64,000 bases of DNA from Spirochaetia bacterium (GTDB lineage Bacteria; Spirochaetota; Spirochaetia; CADAEX01), in the NCBI GenBank assembly GCA_963662795.1, contig OY759746.1, positions 672,001 to 736,000 on the forward strand, written 5' to 3'. A program made the translations under genes and the position numbers. Numbering within the stretch: the stretch's first letter is position 1; every line of letters begins with the position of its first letter. The notes beneath the pieces are model-generated. The model was not told where the DNA came from. It ran no database searches and saw only the letters and a program-made list of their open reading frames with translations. This document shows, piece after piece, positions 21,237 through 31,653 of this stretch.

Positions 21237-22100
21237 TTACGCGTTGTTCATCAGGGCGCTTACCTCATCATGCATTTTTTTCCACGCCTCAACGGTGTAG
21301 TCCGGGCCATAGGAAAAAGGAGGAGTTTCTATGCACATTGTCCCTTTATAATCCAGTTTCCTGACTTCCTTAAAGAACTCCTTCCAGAAAAATCTGCCGT
21401 GCCCCGGGGCAAGATGGGAATCCCTGTCTCCGGCATTGTCAGCAAGGTGGAATGCTATGAGTTTTTTCTTCATGAAATCAAAAACATCCATGGCCTTTTC
21501 ATGATGCGAGACAAGGGCATGTCCTGTGTCAAGGCAGAAACCAAGCTGCGGATGATCATAGCGCCTTGTAATTTCCTTAAGATGGTTTATATTGCTTCCA
21601 AGCCGGTCACCCATGTTGGGGAGCATATTTTCAACAGCTAATTTAAAACCGTAAAGTTCACAGTGCCTGAGCAGCGCTTCAAGTGTCTTCCCGAGCTGTT
21701 CCATCAGGCGCGGAAATCCCTCCTCTTCAGTAAGGCAGTCTTTCTTTGTTGTAGGATGAAGGATCCCTATTGACGCGCCGAGGATAACAGCCCTGTCAAT
21801 TTCTCTTTTCATTTTATACTCAACCTTCTTCCTGTCTGCCTCATAAAGGGCTGAGATATCATCTTTGACCGGGTCTGCAAAGGGAAGGTGATATGTTTCA
21901 ATTACAAGTCCTGCTTTTTTGAAAAGAGCACCTGCATCCTCAAGCTCTTTTTCCTTCAGTTTTTCAAACATGGCAGTGCAGCCTTCCATGCCGGCAAAAC
22001 CTGAATCAAGGCATATTTTTACAATCTGCTCAAAGCTCTTTCCTGTTTTCTGAAATCCTGAATTTACTGATGCAATGGTAAATCCTTTTATTTCCGACAT
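21237..22100 (-). CDS. Sugar phosphate isomerase/epimerase family (xylose isomerase-like TIM barrel), paralogue 2
   Basis: AVENM, CLDTGH, FHLADN.GDRDSHL.PG and IE metal motifs. Confidence 0.88.
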   Translation of the reverse strand: MSEIKGFTIASVNSGFQKTGKSFEQIVKICLDSGFAGMEGCTAMFEKLKEKELEDAGALFKKAGLVIETYHLPFADPVKDDISALYEADRKKVEYKMKREIDRAVILGASIGILHPTTKKDCLTEEEGFPRLMEQLGKTLEALLRHCELYGFKLAVENMLPNMGDRLGSNINHLKEITRRYDHPQLGFCLDTGHALVSHHEKAMDVFDFMKKKLIAFHLADNAGDRDSHLAPGHGRFFWKEFFKEVRKLDYKGTMCIETPPFSYGPDYTVEAWKKMHDEVSALMNNA

Positions 22101-22289
22101 AGTAAATCCTCCATATGATAAATTTATTATACATTGATTTTTACAGGGATTGTATAGAAAAAAAACCTGTTGGCAGCCCTAAACCGGACAATTTTCTCAT
22201 TTCGTTTTAAAAAGAGCCGCTTTATAATTTATATGAGGAAGACAGCAGGGATCAATGTCCGATAGAGTTTAAGAAAAACCGGGCAATGG

Positions 22290-23399
22290 CTAATGCTGAA
22301 GATTCCCTGCTATATCAATGCTGCAGCTGTAGTCTGAAGGGGATGTCTTTGAATTATAGGCAATCACAGGGACGCGGCCTTCATAAGTTGAACCGTGTGA
22401 GCGGATTGATATCTCCCTTACATCCTCATCAAATTCGCTGAATACTGTATCAATATCGCCCAAGACCACTATATCACCGATTCTTTCAGGCATGAGATGG
22501 AAAACAGATGCAGCCTCTTCCCGGCTGTAAACCTTCTCAACGCCTGCGATGCTCCCTAAAATTGCCGAAGCTGATTCCCTTGTTTTATCAAATAAATTTT
22601 TATATTCGCTGTCCAGGTAGATATAGGCTATGCCGCCGAGGTTTTCATGGTGAACAACGTATTTATCTTTGATGACAGGTATGAACTCAGCTGATATGTT
22701 CTCCCTTGCAAGAAAATTGAGAAGATTAACTGCCCTGCTCTTGGGATTCATCCCGTGGTCAGCTGTCATGTAGACTTCCATATCGGGATAATCATTTAAG
22801 ATCATTCCAAGGACAGAATCAATACCGTTCATATGGGATATTGATACTTCGTGTTCAGGCGGATATTTATGCATTACATAATCAGTAGTGGAAATATAAT
22901 GAATATCAAAATCCTCTTCCTTCATTTTATGATGAAGGGCGCGGTACAGCCAGTGGTTGATACCGGCAGAGTATACATCTTCCGCAGGACCGACAGCACT
23001 TACAAGCCCCGGAGCCGGATTCTCGGCAGAAACAGAGAATGAGGCACCCTGCTCAAGCATCAGCTTAAGTTTGTTTTTTGACGTAAAGACAGCAGATTTC
23101 AGGCCGGAGCGGGCGGATTTCTGAAACAGGTTTTCAGCCAGCAGGAATTCCGGAGATTCCATATATGTGCCGGCACCGGTTTGGGGATTGTGCCAGTAAT
23201 TTGCCGTTATTCCATGAACTTCCGGCCAGGCGCCGCATACAATCGATACATTGTTTACATTTGTGACTGAAGGGATAACAGATGATACTTCTTTCATAAA
23301 TCCGCTTTTAATCATCTGCCTTATATTGGGAATATCTGCAGACAGAAAATATTCACTGCTTCCCGCGTCAATAACTGCGATAAGTATTTTTCTTTTCAT
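22290..23399 (-). CDS. phnA: Phosphonoacetate hydrolase-like protein (alkaline phosphatase superfamily)
   Basis: VIPSVTNVNNVSI (catalytic Thr), YISTTDYVMHKY, TADHGM and RSHG match PhnA motifs; phosphonate-catabolic neighbourhood. Confidence 0.8.
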   Translation of the reverse strand: MKRKILIAVIDAGSSEYFLSADIPNIRQMIKSGFMKEVSSVIPSVTNVNNVSIVCGAWPEVHGITANYWHNPQTGAGTYMESPEFLLAENLFQKSARSGLKSAVFTSKNKLKLMLEQGASFSVSAENPAPGLVSAVGPAEDVYSAGINHWLYRALHHKMKEEDFDIHYISTTDYVMHKYPPEHEVSISHMNGIDSVLGMILNDYPDMEVYMTADHGMNPKSRAVNLLNFLARENISAEFIPVIKDKYVVHHENLGGIAYIYLDSEYKNLFDKTRESASAILGSIAGVEKVYSREEAASVFHLMPERIGDIVVLGDIDTVFSEFDEDVREISIRSHGSTYEGRVPVIAYNSKTSPSDYSCSIDIAGNLQH

Positions 23400-23414
23400 T
23401 TCATCCCCCTGCGG

Positions 23415-24278
23415 TCACGCCTGATGCATGATGACGGAGACCTCATCATGCATCTTTTTCCATGCTTCAACTGAGTAGTCAGGGCCGTATGAAAACGGCG
23501 GCGTCTCTACACACATGAAACCACTGTAGTTTATTTTTTTAAACTCCTCTGCAAACTCTTTCCAGAAAAATCTTCCGTGGCCGGGAGCGAGATGAGAATC
23601 CCTGTCTCCGGAGTTATCCGCAAGATGAAATGCTATAAGCCGGTCCTTCATGAAATGAAAAACATCCATCGCCTTTTCATGATGGGAAACCAGGGCATGA
23701 CCTGTATCAAGGCAAAAACCAAGAAGAGGGTGGTCATTGCGTTTCAGAATCATCTCCAGATGTATTATTTTTGATCCCAGTCTGTCGCCGAGATACGGCA
23801 GCATGTTTTCCACTGCGATTTTAAAACCGTACTGCTCGGAATGCCTCAGTGTCCCCTGAATTGTCTTTCCTGCCTGCCCGAGAAGCCTGTCAAGTCCTTC
23901 ATCTTCTGTGAGGCAGTCTTTTTTTGAAGTGGGATGAATCACTCCGACAGAGGCCCCGAGCGCGACAGCAATATCTATATGCTTTTTCAGATTATTTTCT
24001 ACTTTTCTGCGGTCTGTTTCATAAAGGGTCGCAATATCATTTAAAAGGGGATCTTTATAGGGAAGATGATAGGTTTCAATTACAAGACCTGCATCCCTGA
24101 AAAGCTTCCTTATTCTTTCAAGCTCTTTAAAAGGAACTTTTTCGAAGAGATTAGGTCCCCCTTCAAGCCCTTCAAATCCAGACTTAAGGCATATATCGAC
24201 AATCTGCTCAAAACTTTTTCCGGTTCTGTCAAACCCGGAGTTTGCAGCAGCAATGGCAAATCCTTTAATTACTGACAT
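23415..24278 (-). CDS. Sugar phosphate isomerase/epimerase family, paralogue 1
   Basis: Same motifs and same 287-aa length as 21237-22100, with long identical stretches such as LGFCLDTGHALVSHHEKAMDVF. Confidence 0.88.
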   Translation of the reverse strand: MSVIKGFAIAAANSGFDRTGKSFEQIVDICLKSGFEGLEGGPNLFEKVPFKELERIRKLFRDAGLVIETYHLPYKDPLLNDIATLYETDRRKVENNLKKHIDIAVALGASVGVIHPTSKKDCLTEDEGLDRLLGQAGKTIQGTLRHSEQYGFKIAVENMLPYLGDRLGSKIIHLEMILKRNDHPLLGFCLDTGHALVSHHEKAMDVFHFMKDRLIAFHLADNSGDRDSHLAPGHGRFFWKEFAEEFKKINYSGFMCVETPPFSYGPDYSVEAWKKMHDEVSVIMHQA

Positions 24279-24545
24279 AATAATTCTCCTCTGTTTTATA
24301 AATTATAAATTGAGAATAAAAAAACCGATATGGGGGAATACACCCAATATCAGCTTAAAAATAAGTAATATGCTCATACCGCTTTGATTTTTATTACACT
24401 TGATTATCAAAGACCTGCTGTTATTATATTTAATGGCATTGCAATGGACCGTTGAATCTATAGCGGCTTTTTAATATATCACGCTACATTAAAAACGTTA
24501 GTTGTCTGCCCTGCCTGTTAAGGCGGAACTGAGTAGGAAAAATAA

Positions 24546-25544
24546 TTAAAAACCCGGAGTCGGGATAAGGCCTGCTTCAATCATGTACCTGAGAGCGCCC
24601 TTATGAAACGCAATAGGAACACCTTCCCTGTTATCCTTCCTGTTAATCAAACCAAGTGTATCAGGAACATACTGCTCAATAAAATCTGCATTTTCCCACC
24701 AGAGTTTTGTAATCCTGTAAACCACATCTTCCGGCATGGAATCCGAACAGACAGCCACACTTGGCGTCATAAGCTGCATCATCTTTTTCGAACCTTTTGA
24801 TTTATCTGAATCTTTGAGATAAAAATAGGGATAAATTTTTAAAAATTCCCTGATATTCTCATCCGGCTCAACCGGAACCAAAACATAATTTTCCGCTTTG
24901 GAATCTACAAAAAAAGGAGATTTCAGGTAGTTTTCTCCATACCCCAGGTCATACCAGATACAGTCCACTTCTTTGAGCATAAACATGCTGATACCGATAC
25001 TCTCGCGAATACGGTATATTTCTGTATTACTTCGGTTTATTCCATAAAACTGCAGCAGGAACTCAAGGAGATCTCCTGCAACTGAATTTTCTGAATTTAT
25101 TGCAATACTTTTTCCTTTTATATCTTCGATCTTACTGATACCGCTCTCAGTGTGCGCTATCAGACTGTATACAGCAGGCCACAACGCAAACAGGGCCCTT
25201 ATTGGCTGTGCTTTTTCCCAGTATACAGGATCTCCATAGTAGGCAAGGTTTGCTTCCGGCCCTTTTATAAAAGCGACCTGAGCCCTGTTTTCAATAAGCA
25301 TTCTTATTTTTTCATTCTCTATTATGGAAGAGGTGCTGTTAACACCTATAAATCCCTTGTCTGCAGTAATTAATCTTGACAGGGCAGAACCTGCAAAATA
25401 ATAAGAGCCTGTATTGTAGGATTTTATGATAAAGAAGATTCTGCTGCCGAGCGATTTCTGTGAATTTGCAGCTTTGCACCCGGCCGCAGTAAATGATGCG
25501 GCAATTAAAAAACTAATGAATATTACAATCGAAAATCTCTTCAT
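24546..25544 (-). CDS. TAXI family TRAP transporter solute-binding protein (divergent)
   Basis: GSYYFAG, SIIEN, MPEDVVYRITK and FHKGALRY motifs; signal peptide. Confidence 0.8.
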   Translation of the reverse strand: MKRFSIVIFISFLIAASFTAAGCKAANSQKSLGSRIFFIIKSYNTGSYYFAGSALSRLITADKGFIGVNSTSSIIENEKIRMLIENRAQVAFIKGPEANLAYYGDPVYWEKAQPIRALFALWPAVYSLIAHTESGISKIEDIKGKSIAINSENSVAGDLLEFLLQFYGINRSNTEIYRIRESIGISMFMLKEVDCIWYDLGYGENYLKSPFFVDSKAENYVLVPVEPDENIREFLKIYPYFYLKDSDKSKGSKKMMQLMTPSVAVCSDSMPEDVVYRITKLWWENADFIEQYVPDTLGLINRKDNREGVPIAFHKGALRYMIEAGLIPTPGF

Positions 25545-25644
25545 AAATCCATTTTACTCTGATAGATGTTTACAGTCCAGTTAAAACATTATACAAAAAT
25601 CATATGAGTGGCGTAAACCAGTTTTTAGGGATATAATAAAATTT

Positions 25645-26940
25645 GTGCAGCCAGTAATATTATTAATAGGTAAAATCAGAAATTATATTTTTTATTTTTT
25701 TATATTTCTGTTTATCATAACACTTGTTTATCTACTCTCATTATACTCATTCAAAAAGGTAGAAGATCTGGTTTCATACCGGGTTGAAATAAGCAGAATA
25801 TATGAAAAATGGCTTGTTGTAAAATCTGATGCCCTCAGCTATCTTAAATCCGACAAGCAGGAAAACATAAAAGCAAAACTCAATCAAAGTCTAAAAATAT
25901 TTGAAAGGGATTTTCTTTTTTTCTCCAGAACTGAATTTAATGCTTTAAAAAAAGAATCTCCTGAGATTTTTGAGAACAGCAGACTTCTTATTAATTCATG
26001 GCAAAAGGTTCAGACAAATGTGAGGGAGATTCTTCAGACAGACAGCAGTTTTGAAAATTTCAGCCGACAGATTTACTGGATTTCAAATGATACAGTTGTT
26101 TTCGAACAGAATCTGAAAGAACTTCTGCTTTGGTTTGATTCCTACAACAGCAGCCAGATGCTGTTTCACTGGAGATCATTCTATTTTTTTGCTGTTGTAA
26201 TAATCCTCGCAACATTATTTGCAGCAAGACTTGGAAAAAAATACTTGAAGGAGAAAATTGAAAAGGAGAAAACCCTTGAATTGATGCATTCGATTGTATC
26301 TGAACGGGAATCAGAAAGATTAAAAATTGCTCTTGAGATACACGATACAATAATACAGGATCTGACATTTTCCAGAATGCTTTGCGGGGATTTAAGTGAT
26401 TCACTTCTGCGTATGGATACTCAGCTGAAACTAGATGAACTTACAAAAATTATTATGAAGGCGATAAAGCAGATCAGGGAAATCACATATGACCTTATGC
26501 CGCCGGAACTTGAAAACAATGATATTGAGAGCATCTTTTCAAACTACTGCAGGAATTTTATGAATAAAAGCGGTATAAATACAGCACTTAACGTTACTGG
26601 CTTTAAAAATATTAGAATCAACGATTCACAGAGACTTACTCTTTACAGGATACTTCAGGAGTGCCTGACAAATTCAAGAAAACACTCCGGGGCGAAAAAT
26701 ATTTCAGTAAAGCTTTTGCTTACATATCCGTATATTATCTTCAGGGTATCGGATGACGGAAAAGGGATTGATCAAAATTTAATTGATAAAAATCCTGATC
26801 AGCGTATCCATATAGGGCTTAAGGGGATACAGGAGCGGGTTGCCATGTTTGATGGCGAGATGAACATCAAAAATATTCCGGGAAGAGGATTTTCAATTGG
26901 AATTAAAATGAAGCTGAGGGAGATGCAGGATGAAAAATAA
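25645..26940 (+). CDS. Membrane sensor histidine kinase (HisKA_3/NarX-type)
   Basis: Two TM segments, ERLKIALEIHD H-box, QECLTNSRKHS N-box, DDGKG and GLKGIQER. Confidence 0.92.
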   Translation: MQPVILLIGKIRNYIFYFFIFLFIITLVYLLSLYSFKKVEDLVSYRVEISRIYEKWLVVKSDALSYLKSDKQENIKAKLNQSLKIFERDFLFFSRTEFNALKKESPEIFENSRLLINSWQKVQTNVREILQTDSSFENFSRQIYWISNDTVVFEQNLKELLLWFDSYNSSQMLFHWRSFYFFAVVIILATLFAARLGKKYLKEKIEKEKTLELMHSIVSERESERLKIALEIHDTIIQDLTFSRMLCGDLSDSLLRMDTQLKLDELTKIIMKAIKQIREITYDLMPPELENNDIESIFSNYCRNFMNKSGINTALNVTGFKNIRINDSQRLTLYRILQECLTNSRKHSGAKNISVKLLLTYPYIIFRVSDDGKGIDQNLIDKNPDQRIHIGLKGIQERVAMFDGEMNIKNIPGRGFSIGIKMKLREMQDEK

Positions 26941-27604
26941 TTACACTGTAGTAATAATTGACGACCATCACCTCATCCGTGAAGGATTAAAATCAGTTAT
27001 TAATAAAAGCAGAAAACTTACTGTTGCCGGAGAGGCTGATAACGTTGATGACGGGTATGAACTTGTCATGAAAATCAAACCTGATATTGTACTGCTTGAT
27101 CTTATACTGCACGGAGCTTCAGGCCTTGAACTTGGAAAACGGCTGATTAAAGCGGACCATGAGTTAAAAATAATTGCAATTACAATGCATTCTAAAATTC
27201 AGTATATTATCAGCGCGCTTGAAAACGGAATCAGGGGCTATATTCTCAAGGACACATCCCCGGAAATTATTCTAAAAGGGATTGAAAAAGTTTTAGAGGG
27301 TGAAATATTTATTGATAGTTATATATCAAACAAGGTTATTTCAAAACTTATACAGAAAGGCGTAGACAGCAGCGAAATATTCAGCAGCAAGCCGTATGAA
27401 TCGCTTTCAACAAGGGAGCAGGAGGTCTTAAGGCTTCTTGTTAACGGGGTATCGATAAAACAGATCGGAAATGAACTTTTTATTAGCTCAAAAACAGTTG
27501 AAAATCACAAAGCCAGCATAATGGCAAAGCTTAAATGTAAAAATATGGTTGAACTTGTGAGATTTGCTTTTGAGATAGGACTTGTTGACACTTCAGATCC
27601 CTGA
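26930..27604 (+). CDS. NarL/LuxR family response regulator
   Basis: IDDH...LLD receiver domain and LSTREQEVL...TVENH LuxR HTH; overlaps the kinase stop. Confidence 0.95.
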   Translation: MKNNYTVVIIDDHHLIREGLKSVINKSRKLTVAGEADNVDDGYELVMKIKPDIVLLDLILHGASGLELGKRLIKADHELKIIAITMHSKIQYIISALENGIRGYILKDTSPEIILKGIEKVLEGEIFIDSYISNKVISKLIQKGVDSSEIFSSKPYESLSTREQEVLRLLVNGVSIKQIGNELFISSKTVENHKASIMAKLKCKNMVELVRFAFEIGLVDTSDP

Positions 27605-28855
27605 CCCTGCCTTTTTATCATTCTTCTCTATCAGATAAACAAAACCTGCAGATGCAGCAAGCATCATTGATAAGACAAGGAACATCAGATCGATTCCCAT
27701 ATATGGGAGCAGGAAAAAGGCAAGCGGGGGACCGGCGGCACTTGCGAGGTCTCCTGCCGTAAGAACAAATCCTATTGCCCGCCCCTGCCGGTTTGTTCCT
27801 GCCATGTCGCCGGCTATTGTTCTCATCAGCACATTGATGCTGCTTCCCGGTACAGAACCGAGCAGCAGCCCGGCAAATATTAAAACAGGCATTTTAAGGG
27901 TAATCATAAAAAGACCGAGGCTTCCGCATAACAGGCATATTACAACAGCAGACCACCTGTCTTTGAATCTGTCAGAAAGGAAACCGGCAGCCGGAGCTGA
28001 TATCATGCTGATTACAGTTTTTGAACTGCTTATAATCCCTGTCAGAGTTGAAATACCGATTAACGCAAGCCCTGGAGATATTTTATCTCTTGTTATAACG
28101 CTTAACAGAGCTGCTACAAAGCCTGAAAAGACAAACCGCGATATACCAAGTACTCCTGCGGCAAGGTAGATTTTACTGTTAAACTTTATTTTATAATCTT
28201 TTTTTATATCTGAGAACGAAGGTCTTGGATAAACTGTTTCATTCAGTGCCGGCATAAATATATAAACTGCAATAACGCTTGCAAGTGAAATTGTACCATT
28301 TACAGCCATTGCTCCCCGGTAACCGATAATATCGGAAAGAAAACCGCCGAGAAAAGACCCGAATGCGCTTCCTGCCAGAGTCCAGACATGATAGAGCCCT
28401 ATCCATTTCCCCCTGTTTTCAGGATTGGTTTCTGCAAGCAGTATACTTGTTCCGCCGATTGAGATTCCTGACCAGGCAACCCCCCACAGGATCCTCGCCG
28501 CAAAAAGAGGCCAGAATCCTGTAAATGCGGCATAGGAAAGAGTCGAAAGTGATCCCGCCAGCAGAGAGAGGATAAAAATCTGTCTTTTCCTGCCGAAATC
28601 AAAAAGGTATCCTGAAATTGTGTTTGAAAAAATTCTGACAAAACGGTTGATTCCCATCAGGATACCGACTGCAGCAAGGGTTATTCCTGCCGCCTCAATA
28701 TGCAGGGGCAGGATTGTATAGATGGTACTGTCACCGAGCATAGACATTGCCGAGCCGAATCCAAGCGGAATAATAATTCTGTAAAAACTTTTATCTTTCA
28801 ATGTCGATATTTTATTTAACAACAGTCGGATCCAGATTATCCCTGACCCAGTCAC
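27593..28855 (-). CDS. MFS transporter (true start probably near 28800)
   Basis: About 12 TM segments; GYLFDFGRK and GFLSDRFK motif-A variants. Confidence 0.85.
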   Translation of the reverse strand: MTGSGIIWIRLLLNKISTLKDKSFYRIIIPLGFGSAMSMLGDSTIYTILPLHIEAAGITLAAVGILMGINRFVRIFSNTISGYLFDFGRKRQIFILSLLAGSLSTLSYAAFTGFWPLFAARILWGVAWSGISIGGTSILLAETNPENRGKWIGLYHVWTLAGSAFGSFLGGFLSDIIGYRGAMAVNGTISLASVIAVYIFMPALNETVYPRPSFSDIKKDYKIKFNSKIYLAAGVLGISRFVFSGFVAALLSVITRDKISPGLALIGISTLTGIISSSKTVISMISAPAAGFLSDRFKDRWSAVVICLLCGSLGLFMITLKMPVLIFAGLLLGSVPGSSINVLMRTIAGDMAGTNRQGRAIGFVLTAGDLASAAGPPLAFFLLPYMGIDLMFLVLSMMLAASAGFVYLIEKNDKKAGSGI

Positions 28856-29669
28856 CTACAATACTCATAGCCAGTGTAGTCAGAAAAATAACTATTCCCG
28901 GAATAACAGCCATCCACCATTGGGACATAAGATACCCTCTTCCATAAGCCATCATGCTGCCGAGGCTTGTCTCCGGCGGCTGTATTCCCAGCCCGATAAA
29001 ACTTAAAGAAGTTTCAACTATGATTTTCTGCGGGAAATTAAGGGTAAACTGCACAATAATAATATTTGAGACATTTGGGAAAATGTGTCTTGCATAAATT
29101 CTGAACGGGGTCGCTCCAAGCTGTTTGACAGCAACAGCATAGCCGTCCTCCTGAGCGGATAGCGCCATTCCCCTGGCAAGACGTGCAAATCTCATCCAGC
29201 CCTGTATCCCCAGCAGAATAACAAAAAGAATAATATTGTTGCCGAAAAAAGCCAGAACCAGAAGAGCCATTATCATGAACGGCATCGCATACTGAAAATC
29301 AACAAGAGTCATAAGTATCTCGTCAACAATGCCCTTGAAATGCGCAGCTATAAAACCGACAATTGTTCCGAGTACCGCAGTTATGATCGACCCGATAAAC
29401 GCGACTGTAAGACTGGTATAAATTGATCGTATCAGCCTGCTTAAGGTATCCCGGCCGAGAGCATCTGTTCCGAAAAATCCCTGATCGCCTCCCATAAAAG
29501 AAGGAGGGGCCAGCCTGTTAACAAGATCTGTTGACACGGGATCATAAGGCATTAAGTATTTATGAAATATAGCTATCAGAAAAACAGTAATAATCCATAC
29601 TATTGCGATAAAAATCAAAGGAGGAACTTTTCTGAAAAACTCATTAAAAGCATTTTTCTGTTTCAGCAT
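28812..29669 (-). CDS. Peptide/nickel-type ABC transporter permease (DppC/OppC-like)
   Basis: GTDALGRD.LSRL, EAA-like loop and HIFPN motifs. Confidence 0.92.
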   Translation of the reverse strand: MLKQKNAFNEFFRKVPPLIFIAIVWIITVFLIAIFHKYLMPYDPVSTDLVNRLAPPSFMGGDQGFFGTDALGRDTLSRLIRSIYTSLTVAFIGSIITAVLGTIVGFIAAHFKGIVDEILMTLVDFQYAMPFMIMALLVLAFFGNNIILFVILLGIQGWMRFARLARGMALSAQEDGYAVAVKQLGATPFRIYARHIFPNVSNIIIVQFTLNFPQKIIVETSLSFIGLGIQPPETSLGSMMAYGRGYLMSQWWMAVIPGIVIFLTTLAMSIVGDWVRDNLDPTVVK

Positions 29670-29670
29670 A

Positions 29671-30603
29671 TTACACCCCCCCCTTTTTTGTTCTTATGCG
29701 GGGATCAAGAATACCATAAAGAATATCAACAATCAGATTTGCAGTAACAATAGTTATACTTAAAAGCATAACTATTGCCTGAACAACAGACAGATCTCTT
29801 GCCCCTACAGAAGTAACAAGCAGTCTGCCCACCCCCGGCCAGGCAAATACTGTTTCTATGACAATACTTCCTGCAATAATTCTCCCTACCGTTGCTCCTA
29901 TTATTGTTATTACCGGTATTGCCGCGTTAGGCAGGGCATGCCCGTATATAACCCTGTTTCTCGAAAGGCCTCCTGCAATTGCTGTCCTTATATAGGGTTT
30001 GGTAAGAACAGAAAGCATTGAAGACCTTGTAAACCGCGAATAAGATCCGACATAAGCCAGGCCTGTTGTAAGCAGAGGCAGTATGATATGTTTCCAGGAG
30101 TCGCTCCCGCTGCTCGGCAGTATTTTAAGTTTAACGCTGAAAAGAAGGATCAGAAGGATTCCCAGAAAAAAGTTAGGCATGCTGAACCCGAAAACAGCGG
30201 TTCCCATTGTAAAGCGGTCTATAAATGTATTTCTGTTAAGCGCGGCTTTAACTCCCATGGGAATTGCAATAATTACAGCAAACACAATTGAAAGCGTCAT
30301 CAGGTAAATTGTTTTAGGAAGTCTTTCCGCCAAAATATCAGTAACCGGCCTCCTGTCTCTGTATGACTGACCGAAATTACCTTTAAGTATATTAAGCCAG
30401 TAAACACCATATTGTTCATAAATCGGCTTATCAAGTCCCCACATGGATCTAAAAAGCTCTATATCCTGCTGCGTAGCATCCTCAGGCAGCATAGCCTGTG
30501 CCGGGTCGCCGGTAGCTCTTAAAACTACAAAGACAAATGTTACTACAAGTACCATTGTAAAAAGAGCTCTTGCAATTTTACCAAGAAAATATGTTATATG
30601 CAT
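29671..30603 (-). CDS. Peptide/nickel-type ABC transporter permease (DppB/OppB-like)
   Basis: GDPA, GLDKP, GNFGQS, HALPNA, ETVFAWPG and LDPRI motifs. Start at ATG 30603. Confidence 0.92.
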   Translation of the reverse strand: MHITYFLGKIARALFTMVLVVTFVFVVLRATGDPAQAMLPEDATQQDIELFRSMWGLDKPIYEQYGVYWLNILKGNFGQSYRDRRPVTDILAERLPKTIYLMTLSIVFAVIIAIPMGVKAALNRNTFIDRFTMGTAVFGFSMPNFFLGILLILLFSVKLKILPSSGSDSWKHIILPLLTTGLAYVGSYSRFTRSSMLSVLTKPYIRTAIAGGLSRNRVIYGHALPNAAIPVITIIGATVGRIIAGSIVIETVFAWPGVGRLLVTSVGARDLSVVQAIVMLLSITIVTANLIVDILYGILDPRIRTKKGGV

Positions 30604-30613
30604 TTTTTCAACC

Positions 30614-31630
30614 TCACAGCTCACCTGGCCTGTAACAGGCCACCTTATGATTATTTCCTTTATCTTCAAGCAAAGGTTCTTCTATCCGGCATTTATCTAT
30701 TGCTATAGGGCATCTTGAGGAAAACCGGCAGCCCCGGGGAAGGTTAACCGGGCTCGGAGGTTCTCCCGGAAGTATGATTCTTTCCTTTTTAAATGAAGGG
30801 TCCGGGACAGGAATTGATGCAATCAGTGCTTTAGTGTAAGGATGTGCTGTATTTTTAAAAAGTTCCGTGCAGTCAGCCTCTTCAACAATTTTACCAAGAT
30901 ACATGACTGCAACCCGGTTGCATATATAACGGATAATTCTTAAATCATGACTTATGAAAATATAAGTAAGACCGCGTTCCTTCTGTAAATCCTTAAGCAG
31001 GTTGATCACCTGTGCCTGTATCGAAACATCTAACGCAGAGACAGGTTCGTCACACACAAGCAGATCAGGCTCAAGAATAAGCGCTCTTGCAAGGACAGCC
31101 CGCTGCCTCTGACCTCCGCTTATTTCATGAGGAAACCTGTCATACATATAATCTTCCATACCTACAGATCCAAGAAGTTTTATTGCTTTTTCCCTTCTTT
31201 CGCCTGGAATTCCGATTTTGTGAATATCAAGAGGTTCTTTTATCTGCCTGCCTATTGTCATGTAGGGGTCAAGTGCACCCAGGGGATCCTGAAAAATCAT
31301 CTGCATATCTTCCCTCAAAGCTCTCCACTTTGCAGGTTTCAGGTTAGTCATTTCAAGTCCCCTATAAAGCACTTCGCCGGAGGTTGGAGATATCATATTA
31401 AGAACAAGTTTTGCTGTAGTTGACTTTCCGCATCCGCTTTCCCCGACTATCCCGAATGTTTCGCCTTTTTTTACATTAAAATTAATCCCGTCTACAGCCC
31501 GGAGCTTTCTTTTTTTTCCGAATAATGTTTCGCTCTTGACAGAAAAATGACAGACAAGGTCTTTTATTTCCATAATAGAGCTGCTGTTTTTATTTTTATC
31601 CAGGTTTATTATTCCGGTTGCCATGAACAC
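30614..31630 (-). CDS. Oligopeptide-type ABC ATPase (DppF/OppF-like)
   Basis: GESGCGKS, ISGGQRQR, DEPVSALD and HPYT motifs. Confidence 0.95.
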   Translation of the reverse strand: MFMATGIINLDKNKNSSSIMEIKDLVCHFSVKSETLFGKKRKLRAVDGINFNVKKGETFGIVGESGCGKSTTAKLVLNMISPTSGEVLYRGLEMTNLKPAKWRALREDMQMIFQDPLGALDPYMTIGRQIKEPLDIHKIGIPGERREKAIKLLGSVGMEDYMYDRFPHEISGGQRQRAVLARALILEPDLLVCDEPVSALDVSIQAQVINLLKDLQKERGLTYIFISHDLRIIRYICNRVAVMYLGKIVEEADCTELFKNTAHPYTKALIASIPVPDPSFKKERIILPGEPPSPVNLPRGCRFSSRCPIAIDKCRIEEPLLEDKGNNHKVACYRPGEL

Positions 31631-31653
31631 CTCATTAGTTTTATATCTGTAAA

